Below are positions 40,277 through 64,000 of a DNA stretch of 64,000 nucleotides, one piece after another. The stretch comes from Phoronis australis (lineage: Eukaryota; Animalia; Phoronida): NCBI GenBank assembly GCA_002633005.1, contig NMRA01000219.1, positions 415,251-479,250 of the forward strand. The letters are read 5' to 3'. The notes under the pieces were generated by a model that worked only from the letters and a program-made list of their open reading frames with translations, did no database searches and was not told the origin of the DNA. A program made the translations under genes and the position numbers. Every line of letters begins with the position of its first letter. Positions within the stretch are counted from its first letter, which is position 1.

Positions 40277-42705
40277 ATGGAGGTATACGATGACACTGGA
40301 AACCCTAATACCAATAACCAATATGTTTTTAATAAATGGAAGAACGAGTATGAATCGTTATACAATGGTCCAACTGTAAATAATTTTGACCGGGGATTTT
40401 ATGCTGATATGCTTCTCAAAAAAGCTCATCTTGAGTCGTTTAATAATCTTGACTTTGATGAAAATAGTATTTTGAATAAAAATATTACTCGCGATGAAGT
40501 AAAGCGGGTAGTGATGAAATCTAAATACAATAAAGCAGTAGGAATAATTGATCATATTTGTTATGAAGTATGTAAAAATGATACCGCTATTGACCTTTTG
40601 ACTTGTTACAAATGGTTTTTCGTTACGGTATGGTACCTATAGTTTATGGGCTAGATCCGTTATTATGCCTATTCCTCAGAGAAGGACCCGCGCGTCCCGC
40701 TGAGTTATAGAGATATCAGCTTGTTGTCTAACGTATACAAGTTGTATAGTAGTGTATTGAACAATAGACTGGTTGAGTAAGCGGAGGAAAACGTGCTCCT
40801 TGTTGATGAGCAATGATAGCTTTCGTCGTGACAGAGCAGTATGTGTGTTGATCACGTCTTTGTTTTGACCTCGATTAGACGTAATCGCTTGAATAACAAA
40901 CAATCCACATTTGCTACTTTTATTGATATGCAAAAAGCTTTTGACTGGGTAGATAGAAATAGTTTACTTTTTAAAATGTTGGATCTTATGATAGTTGGAA
41001 AATTTTATGAATCGGTTAAAAATATTTATGCCAAAACTCAATCCTATGTTAAGATTAATAATACCTTTACGGACTGGTTTTATACATCTTGTGGGGTCAA
41101 ACAAGGAGATGTTTTATCACCTACTCTTTTTGCACAATTTATAAATGATTTGGCAAAGGAATTAAAACAGTCAAATTTAGGAATTCCTATCGGTGCTGGT
41201 AATGTTTCATCTTTGTTTTATGCTGACGATATAGTGGTACTTGCCGAGAGCGAAGAAAATTCACAGGGTTTATTAAATGTAGTTGATAAATGGTGCTCTA
41301 AATGGAGGCTAATTGTCAATCAGGAAAAAACTAATATTATTCACTTCAGATCCAAGCATGTCTCCCGTAGTTTACATTCATTTCGGTTGGGTCGACTAGA
41401 CCTAGAATATGCACCCAAATATAAATATTTAGGAATAATTTTAAATGAACATTTGAAGTTTTCTGAAACTGCTAAAACTCTATCCGAATCTGCCGGAAGA
41501 GCTTTTGGCGCTTTAATTAATAAAAAGAATAAACATATGAAGTACAGAACGTTCACTACATTATTCAATGCTTGTGTTGTGCCTGTTAGAGATTATTGTG
41601 TAGGTGTCTGGGGCGGCTCTAGCCTACAGGATCATGATGTCATTGAGAATAGAGCCGCGCGATTTTTCTTGGGCGTTCACAAATTTGCTCCTAATCATGC
41701 TGTTATGGGTGACATGGGGTGGGAATTCCCCAGTGTTAGGCGGAAAATTGAGCTTTTGAGAATGTGGAATCGTATTATTAATTTCGAGGATGATAGACTA
41801 ACATACCGAATATTTTGGTGGGACTACACTACTTGTACTAATAATTGGTCGTCTGAAGTTTTGAGCATTTTTGAAGAATTAGGGATTTCGGATTGTTTTC
41901 ATAACATACGTTCAATTAATCTGTCTCACTGTAAGAATATTTTGCATGATTTAGCCTGTAATAGGTGGTTGTTTGAAAGCCGTTCGAAACCAAAGTTAAG
42001 AACCTATGTTTTGATGAGGAATGTCTTTGAAGTTGAGCCTTACGTGCTTTTAGATTTAACTCGGCCTAGTAGGTCAATTCTTGCTCAAATTAGAACCGGA
42101 ACCCTACAGCTATTGGTTGAGGTCGGGTGTTTTCGTTCTTTAGAATTTGATGACAGAATTTGATGTCTTTGTCACATTGGTCAGGTCGAAATTGAACTAC
42201 ATTTTCTGTTTGAGTGTCCGTTTTTCTTAGATGCCAGAAACAACCTTTTACTGTCAAGTTGAGATTAAATATCCACGATTCCGTGCAGAAAGACGTGAAA
42301 GTAAATTAATTACAATCATGCAAAAAAATGTTATTAGAAAAACGTCAGTTTTCATCAAAAATATTTTTGAAGTAAGGTGAGAGTATAGTTTTGTTCCGAA
42401 AGTACGAACGTAACGGAATAAAGGCTGTGAGCAATGAAAAGTGTCGTGCATTTAACAAATTCTGTATAACCGAAGTAAGGAAAAATTATATTTATTTATG
42501 ATCACTTTTATCTTGGCCTTCTCTTTCTGGTCCTCTTGCAATGCGTGTACACTTTTCTTTTCTTTTTTGTATCATGTATCTAAAGTGACTTATTAGCCCC
42601 GTGGAGGGCTGGGTGTTCCTAGTCTTTGTAACGCATTCATTGTTTAAGTTCATTTGAACGCATGTCACTATAATAAAAAATTACTTAATTACTTACTTAC
42701 TTACT
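40277..42705 (+). mobile_element. 5'-truncated, decayed non-LTR retrotransposon (LINE, probably CR1/L2 group): RT region and 3' tail
   Basis: FIDMQKAFD, GVKQGDVLSPTLF, YADD, YKYLG; C-terminal E.HFLFECP after a premature TGA at 42161-42163; frameshifts in 40560-40840; 3' end AATAAA followed by (TTAC)n at about 42672-42705. Confidence 0.92.
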
Positions 42706-44583
42706 CCAAAAGATTTCATAAGCTGTCACCTCCATGCTGGTCAGTGCGTGAACTTGGAATCCTGCTTGATCTCAAGATCGCGTAAGCGTGAACTTCGAAT
42801 TGAATATTCATTTGGGCAATCATGTTACTTTTTTGTTCAGTGTAAAGAGTTTTTGTAATTATTGACCTCATAATCACCCATTTTCCCCCTTTACCGTAAC
42901 TTATAGTGTCAAAGGACTTCGGAAGAACTGTGAATTGTTAAATCAATACGATTCTTTGGTGAATAAGATCGCCAATAGTTGAACAAGGATTGGTTAAAAT
43001 TTACGTTATTTTTTCAGCATGAGATTTGATTTAGAGCAGTGCAAATTTTTATCAACGTGAACGTGATTATTTAAGTGAACTTTTCAAGTTTCCACAAGTT
43101 GTGTAGTCCAAAAAGAATTCACGCCTAGTACGCGACCTTCAGATTCAAAGCAAGATTAACTGAATTCACGCCACAGCATACCGACTCGGAACAGTTCTGT
43201 GATTGCGTAGGCCACGATGTAGCATATGATTTTCACTTTCTCTTCTTTCGTGGGAAAACAAAAGACACGGAAACTAGGGTATTTTTCACTACTAGCCAGG
43301 GCATGGGCGACCCCCCCCCTCCCCCCATGTGGAGAATTTCTCGCTTACACTGGCCCCCCCTCAAGTTCCTTTAGCCCAGACTACTTTTACGATGCCTATT
43401 CAACACGCCCTTTGTATTGATGTAGATCTGAGCTAATGAAGTGGAAAGGTAATAGCTGTAGCATTACTGTCTCAAAATGGTTGTCGTTAGAACCCCCTAT
43501 TTGGTTTCCTCTGACATTTGCAGAGTTACAGCCTGCAACTCTGGAGAGTAGTGTTAACTTGGCACATTATAAATATTACAAAATGACTAAAAAGGTTAAC
43601 ATGTGTTTATCTTCACAAAGGGCCACTTCCCAAAGGAACGATATGTTTCATCATGGTTATCTTTATTCAATTTTCAATGCTTCTGCCCACTTGTTTTTTG
43701 CTGGGAACTGGTTGATAACTTTTTGTCTAAGTTTTAAACTTGAAGTATCAAAAAAGTGGTAGATTTTGATCGCCAGCGAAACTTAATTAGTTAAGTTCAT
43801 TGTGAGCCCATCCCTGAACTTTCCACATTACAGGTGCACTAAGCCTTTCATTAAAGTTTAATCTTCATTAGAACTCAAATCATAAAATATATACAAAAGT
43901 GCAAATATGGTGATAACCAAACTGAAGACTTTTAATCTCTGGACAATTTTGGTGGCACTGACTATATAACCATTCTAGCTCTTTACCAGTAATAAAAAAT
44001 TATAAGTGGGCACAAGTTATTTAAGTACAACTGTTTCCTTGTCAAAAAATCTGGTTAAACGAGATTGAATGAATATTAAAAAATGAATCCCTGTGATATT
44101 ATTAACTCTGATCAGCGTTTGTATATCCACCGAGTACATTAATACGCGCGGTAGTTTATCTTCAATAGAATCAATGAATGTAGTTTTTGAATTATTAGTT
44201 CATCGATTTTCGAAAACCGTACGTGGTTGTTTTTTTTTCCAGCTGAATGTCGCCGTGGTGTTCATTTTCAACGAAAATTAGTGGCTAATGCATTTTAAAA
44301 ATTCTGCATTATGTACTGTCAGAAATGTTTCTGAGTCATCTGAGTAAAGAACCGACATCACTTCACAAGGTACATCCCATCACTGCACAAGGTACATCCC
44401 CATAAGCACTCCGTCCCCCGAAGAAGTACATCCCGAAGTGTGTAGATGCTGACAGTTCCAATCAGTAGCTGATTCACTAGCCTTCTGTTTCTTCCACAAA
44501 GTCTTCATTTTCTGCAAGCAGCCCATCCAACTCCTAGCTCACGAAGTCGTTCCAAATGATGATGTTCTGATTCCTCTTGGTCC

Positions 44584-45350
44584 TTAATTCTTCAGCTTCT
44601 CCCGGACCATATTCACAATTTCCGGTTTATCAGGACACAGTTTCCCTTCTGGTTTTGCTTTCCCAGCCAGCTCATCAGCACGTTCATTCCACCTAACTCC
44701 AGCATGGCCTGGGGTAAAAATCCATGTGATCTTTTTCAAAGTCGCCTTTGTTAGGAGTTCAGTCCATTCAGCTCTCAAAAGTCCACTTTCAAATTTTTTC
44801 AGAGTACTTTGTGAATCTGTAACAAAGATCACATGTGCTTGCCGAGTCGTTGTGACCCACTCGAGAGCCTGTGTAATTGCTTCTATGTCCATTCTCATGC
44901 TGGACGTTGTCATATTGTACGCTCCCTGCTGTTCCTGCACTACGGTCTGCCATTTACAATCGCTGAGAAGCCCCTTCCAGATTGTTCCCCTCTTTTAACA
45001 GATCCATCCGTGTAAACAACTACATCTCCATGCCGAGAGTTGTCTTCAATAAGTTGTTTTATTTCAGCATCTGTCGCCCCCTGCGCCCACTCTCTACCGA
45101 TTCTCTGCTCAACGTGATCACCACCTTTCCAAAATCTACCTGCTGTTTCTCATTCATCTGAATTCACTCTTCTCCCCGCCGTATAGTTTCTACTGCACAG
45201 ACATCTTTGATGGTGTCTTCTGCCTGAGCCATCCAAGAAGCTCCTCGTTTCAAGCGGTTGCCGGTGGTTGTTCCGATGCATGCATGAAGTGGAATGTTGC
45301 TTATCAGCTGCTACTCTTAAGTATGCTCTGACCTGAGCCACTTTGTACTT
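44584..45350 (-). mobile_element. Degenerate retroelement fragment encoding RNase H (likely an RNase H-bearing LINE)
   Basis: VVYTDGSV near 45000-45025, a frameshift, then DIEAITQAL, VTDSQS and PGHAGVRWNERADELA. Confidence 0.8.
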
Positions 45351-48300
45351 GAGAGATGTTTAAAAGAGTTTATGGTGGGGGTAATTACAGGGTCTTGTTC
45401 GTATCGGGCAATGCGGTCATCACAACTGTACCTGACTCCGGCGCCGCGCTCTCTTTGATCCTGGTAAAAGCCGTTCAGAAGGACGAGCGGTGAAAATTAC
45501 CGCATATCTTTAGAAATGCGTGACTTCCTTGTAAGCGTATTATTCACGGTAGGCGATCGATTTATTTCACCATAGGGGGCAGGGGGCTATAGCTCTCTAT
45601 TTCAGTGCTGCGCCGCCCATGTAAGGGACCCCGGGTCTCGTCAGCCTCTTGTCGAAGGTTTGAGGTCATGACCCACGTTGCGAAACACTGAGGATATGCT
45701 TGTAGTCACCCAGGCCCAACCCTTCTTACCGTATCATGGGCGACGCAGCCACTGAAAAGAGTGGGAGTTAAAGTCCCCCCTGTGGTGCGCCGGCTATAGA
45801 CCATGGGCAGCGCAGCACTGAAAATGGGGGCTATAACCCCCCCCCCCCCCACGNCCCCCATGGTGCACCGCCCATGAGTATCCGGCGGGGGAAAAGGTTC
45901 CAGAGCTCCGTCCGCCTCTCATTATAGGAGAAGTGGACCGGCGCAGTTGAAGCCGATCGCCGGAAATACGGCCCAGGGTTAAGCGATTACGGTTCAACAT
46001 ATGATCAACATTAGGCCTCACGGTTAATTGATTCTAGTGTTATAGTTCAGTCTTGCATTTTGAAGTTTCTAGAGAATGATCTATATGGTACGTACTCCGA
46101 TCAGTCTGGGTCCCCTGGGACGATATTTTAAATTAATTTCCTTTTGATGCAAAAACAAATCACTGCAATAAATGACACTGCCATATATTGACTCACCTAG
46201 ATGGCCATGTACATATTTTTCCGGCCATTGAAGACTACATTATGCATCAAAGCGACGTAAGAGTGGTCTAGGGCGGCTAGAAAACTTTAAGAAGTTTCCC
46301 GTGGCAGTCGGTGCCCGAAAGCTGAACTATAAGAACGTAAACCTACTCAGTGCTGGTACGCTTGCACAATGGGACAAAACATCTACTGAGGTAGGGCACA
46401 AGTCTTCCTGTACCGTACTGCGGCGTCATTAAGGCCATGGGCCTATTGCCTTTTTCGCGGTATCAAAGCGATTCGCATATCGGCACGTAAGCCTAAGTTT
46501 CCCAGATAAACCCAGGTAATGTTTCTCTCAAAGGTCCATACATTAACTCGCATGTAGGTGCACCCGTCTTCCTAATGTTTTTTCTCGTTTGTCTCTGTAT
46601 CTTAGGAGTCCCTTGGCGTAGCATTCTCAAGAAATTTAGAAAATAGTTTTGTATTACCGTATTGCCTGGCCTTTAGGCGCATGGACTTATATCGAAATAG
46701 TGCCTTTTTCACGACCTTTTTACCCAAGCGGTTCGCATATTAACACATGAGCCTAAGTTTCGCATACAAGCGCAGTTCTGCACAAACGCCCATGGGCCTC
46801 TACAAAGTTTCGGCTCCGTTAACTCAAGTAAAATTAATAAAAAGTTTGGAGTCTGTTGCGCAAGAATCGCTTTGTAATAAGCTTGCAACAGTCACGGAAT
46901 ATTAAACACAAAATAGTGCCTTTTTGTGTCTGAAAGTATAATGGGATTTTGCATGGGGCTCAGATTAAATTTTACAAGGGGCGTACAACCCAAAGTCGCA
47001 AAACACAAATCCGTGACAGGCTTTCTTTTCGAGTATACTCGTGCATAGCGTGGGTGTTTATAGGTAGGTTTTCAGCCGTCGGCGACATTACAGGATCACA
47101 TTGACACATAGAAAACCTGTTGTGACAATTTGGGCCTGCAGTGCTGACCCAAACTGTCATAATTTTGAAGCTGTGACAATTTGGGACGGTATAACAATTT
47201 GGGCCCACACAGCTTTCTACTACATTTGTATCATCCTCATTCATCCACTTCTCAGTAAATCTTTGTTTTTGCACCATTTCGCTTGGTTTTAAATTGTTTG
47301 GGAAATGAAGCTAAGTTGAAATTTTTAAAAACATGTTTAAAAACATGTTGAAGTCCTTGGTACTTGATTGGCAATGTTCTAATCTTTTCGGGAGACGGTC
47401 TCGGATTAAAATTCATTGCATTGAGACTTTGTTCCTGGGTGAAAGGTCACGGTTTGATTCGAGGAATATAATAAACAAGTAAAAATATAGTTGACTTTTA
47501 TTTGCAAGCATCCACTGTCTATATGGGAACGGAAAATTCATGTTAACAGCTGTTTATTGCATAATTCCAAATATTTCTGATGTCAGTATTTTCAAACAGT
47601 TTTATAAATATTTTTCTTTCCATTCCAAATGTTAAAAAGCTACCTGCCACAGGACACTAGTACAGTTGAACTATCCATACTGACAAATTCAATAACATAG
47701 ATGTCTTGACCGATTCTATAAATAACAAAGCACAATAATAACCTAACTGGTTGACCGCAAACAAACTGTGACAACCATGCATGAAAAAATGCGCCGATAG
47801 TTGAACAGCATTACCCGAATTTATCTCAAAAAACACTTCAACCGTTGTTCGGAATTTACTCTATAAATACTTCAATTTTATTACACGAATCTGTTTCTCT
47901 TTTGCTTTAAATCATTTCCCCGAAAATTTGCGAGACCAGTGACCCTCGACTTTCCCAGATGTTGAGCCAAGTAGTCTTCAGTAAGTTCTGCAAAGTTCAC
48001 TTTGCCCTGGATGAAATTTTATATCTTCAGAGTTCTGACATGCCAACTCATGACAGATCATTCGAAACTGATACTCCGCGATTAATTCAAACATTTAAAT
48101 AGTAAGACTGAAAATATTTTAAGCTTTTCAAATATAATTTCTTGTTTAACCTTCGAAATCCACCAACAGAAACCATATTTCTGGACTGGACGGAATAGGT
48201 ATGAAGATCCACCCGAGTGTATACTTGAGCAAGCAAAAACATCTCTGGAAAAGTTTAGCTCATCTCGCGCCTAAAGATGACAATAAGCTGGGTCGCGCTT

Positions 48301-48603
48301 GCAAAACACAATGGCATAAAGCTATTATTTTATTAGGCATCATAATCATTAAAATCATTTACGTATTATACACCACAACTTAGACGCAAGATCCTCGTGG
48401 AAACACAAGAGTCGCACAAGGCTTCGCGAAATATTAACGTGCATGACAAGCACGGTGATCAAATTTGATAACTTAGATAGATTCTTGAGTCTACTGAACT
48501 CAGACCATGTATCACTTAACATAGCACTGTTAATTATTCAATTAATTCAATCCTTAATAAATTTCTACTGCATACTGTATCAATGACTACTAAAATGACA
48601 TTT

Positions 48604-61574
<12,971 letters not shown>

Positions 61575-61992
61575 ATCAAGATCTGTGGCTGGTTACTCGA
61601 AGTACCAAGAGACTACGCCGCGGCGATTTTAATTTCGTCACACGGCACACACGAACACACTACGCAAAGAAACTACGGACGGCAGGCATATCTAGTGTAC
61701 ACAGACTATAAGATCAATGCAGCGGGTTCAAGTTACTGATGACCTCCCAATATTGATGCAGGGACTTTTAGCTATTTAAAGATATGACGTCTACTTAATC
61801 AGATATTGCAAATGCGATTTGCTGCCGAGCCGAGGTGTTTTCTGGTACTTAGGTAACCACCAACTCGCGATCCAGGCTGTTACAGTGACACGCATGGACA
61901 CACAAACTCTGCAAATATGTGATTGACCACTTCCACGTCAGTCATGGAAGTAAACGGAGTGACGTTGTGTTTAAACCCCAACTATTGAATTA

Positions 61993-63730
61993 TTTTATGG
62001 GGCACTCATTTGTTGTTAGAAGTCGCTACCATTGAGTTTCAGTCTGACCAACACTATGAAATTGCTTGGTTCAATGATCTTATTGCTTGGTCTTTGTTGG
62101 CCGTCACAGCCCTGAAACAAAATATCCCCGTGTCGCAGTTTTTTACCCTGTTTAAGAATAAGTCGTCTTTTGTTAATCGGAATAATGCCGAGCGCCGGTT
62201 ATACTAAACAGTGAATCGAAAGTTTATCGGGTTTAATACGCAGACCGACGACTTTAGGACGAGACACAAGCGGAAAGGTTACAACCAAACCCGCACCGNN
62301 NNNNNNNNNNNNNNNNNNNNNNNNNNNNNNNNNNNNNNNNNNNNNNNNNNNNNNNNNNNNNNNNNNNNNNNNNNNNNNNNNNNNNNNNNNNNNNNNNNNN
62401 NNNNNNNNNNNNNNNNNNNNNNNNNNNNNNNNNNNNNNNNNNNNNNNNNNNNNNNNNNNNNNNNNNNNNNNNNNNNNNNNNNNNNNNNNNNNNNNNNNNN
62501 NNNNNNNNNNNNNNNNNNNNNNNNNNNNNNNNNNNNNNNNNNNNNNNNNNNNNNNNNNNNNNNNNNNNNNNNNNNNNNNNNNNNNNNNNNNNNNNNNNNN
62601 NNNNNNNNNNNNNNNNNNNNNNNNNNNNNNNNNNNNNNNNNNNNNNNNNNNNNNNNNNNNNNNNNNNNNNNNNNNNNNNNNNNNNNNNNNNNNNNNNNNN
62701 NNNNNNNNNNNNNNNNNNNNNNNNNNNNNNNNNNNNNNNNNNNNNNNNNNNNNNNNNNNNNNNNNNNNNNNNNNNNNNNNNNNNNNNNNNNNNNNNNNNN
62801 NNNNNNNNNNNNNNNNNNNNNNNNNNNNNNNNNNNNNNNNNNNNNNNNNNNNNNNNNNNNNNNNNNNNNNNNNNNNNNNNNNNNNNNNNNNNNNNNNNNN
62901 NNNNNNNNNNNNNNNNNNNNNNNNNNNNNNNNNNNNNNNNNNNNNNNNNNNNNNNNNNNNNNNNNNNNNNNNNNNNNNNNNNNNNNNNNNNNNNNNNNNN
63001 NNNNNNNNNNNNNNNNNNNNNNNNNNNNNNNNNNNNNNNNNNNNNNNNNNNNNNNNNNNNNNNNNNNGGTTTATCTTCTATTGAACTAGACTGTAGCCTA
63101 TTTCTTATTGATTTATGACATCTAAGTTCGTCATATGAATGTTGTGATGTTGTTCATCATCGCCACCACCGTCATCATATTCGTCATCATCGTCACCATC
63201 TTCGTAATCATCTCCGTCGTCATGTCTTTTCTGTTAATTTCGCCAAGTGTCGCTCAAAACTGTAGGCTTTTTCTTACTGATTTCGGACTTCAACATTCGT
63301 CATGTGTATGTTGTTATTACTTCTTTTGTTCAACCTCGCCACCATCGTCGTCATATTCGTCATCTTCGTCATCATCTTTATCGTCATCTCCTTGGTTAAT
63401 TTCGCCAAGGTTCGCTCCTCGGAGCGCTTTCATTTTATGGGTCACTCCGTTGTTAGAAGTCGCTACCATTGAGTTTCAGTCTGACCAGCATTGCTTGGTA
63501 CAATGAGCTTATTGCTTGGTCTTTGTTGGCCGTCACAGCCCTGAAACAAAATATCCCCGTGCCGCAGTTTTTTACCCTGTTTAAGAATAAGTCGTCTTTT
63601 GTTAATCGGAATAATGCCGAGCGCCGGTTAAACTAAACAGTGAATCGAAAGTTTATCGGGTTTAATACGCAGACCGACGACTTTAACAACGACGAGACGG
63701 AAGCGGAAAGGTTACAACCAAACCCACGGT
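61993..63730 (+). repeat. About 300-bp duplication on either side of the second gap (about 61993-62298 and 63433-63730)
   Basis: ttgttagaagtcgctaccattgagtttcagtctgacc...ggttacaaccaaaccc occurs in both, with small indels. Confidence 0.88.
62299..63067. other. Assembly gap (N run)
   Basis: Run of n. Confidence 1.
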
Positions 63731-64000
63731 CGTACGAACAACAAACAATACAATAGAGGAGTTCAGTTGTACACAATGCAATCAAAGCTTGAGTTCCATG
63801 CAGATCACAGTACTCAAAACGCCGTGAGTGAAATAAGTTTGGCAGTATTAACAAACATGAATTATTGGTCTTTTTACAACAGTGCTAATATGCAGTTAAC
63901 AGTTCTTTGACTCAATAGTTAAAGCTGCCCATTTCGCTCCGTAAGTTTAGCTATCAAAGTCGATTTTTTTAACCGAAGTGCTTTGGGGTTTAAAAACATC

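Noticed and set aside
40841-42163. Active or domesticated reverse transcriptase gene
   Set aside because: Upstream frameshifts and stops, no endonuclease domain, and a premature stop before the C-terminal Cys/His motif; a dead LINE copy.
46190-46215. Minus-strand ATGGCCATCTAG|GTGAGT, a strong donor-like site
   Set aside because: The ATG meets a stop after three codons and no partner exon was identified; not enough to call an exon.
63135-63506. 123-aa hydrophobic, Ser-rich ORF
   Set aside because: Derived from a low-complexity trinucleotide tract and duplicated repeat sequence.

Overview
AT-rich, intron-rich animal genomic DNA, probably an invertebrate; the species cannot be fixed from sequence alone. 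Two N-gaps are present. (1) A vitamin K-dependent gamma-glutamyl carboxylase gene (GGCX) on the minus strand, reconstructed by hand as 15 phase-compatible GT-AG coding exons (33415->6342, about 745 aa). One exon appears twice around an assembly gap. (2) An intronless, motif-divergent rhodopsin-family GPCR with a Glu/Pro-rich N-terminus, nested antisense in a GGCX intron (25377-26555). (3) A 534-bp non-coding LTR element (TRIM) at 39298-39831. It has TG..CA LTRs, a tRNA-Ser primer-binding site, a polypurine tract and a 4-bp CATG target-site duplication, and each LTR contains a tRNA-like Pol III promoter. It lies just upstream of the likely GGCX 5' end. (4) A decayed LINE reverse transcriptase with a (TTAC)n tail, and a separate RNase H fragment. 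(5) A 10-exon minus-strand gene (61574->48604, about 1097 aa) encoding a signal peptide, a catalytically dead carboxylesterase-fold domain, an intact carboxylesterase domain and a C-terminal HEEL ER-retrieval signal. (6) Many MITE-like inverted-repeat elements and minisatellites. Exon boundaries were read by eye and no database search was possible.
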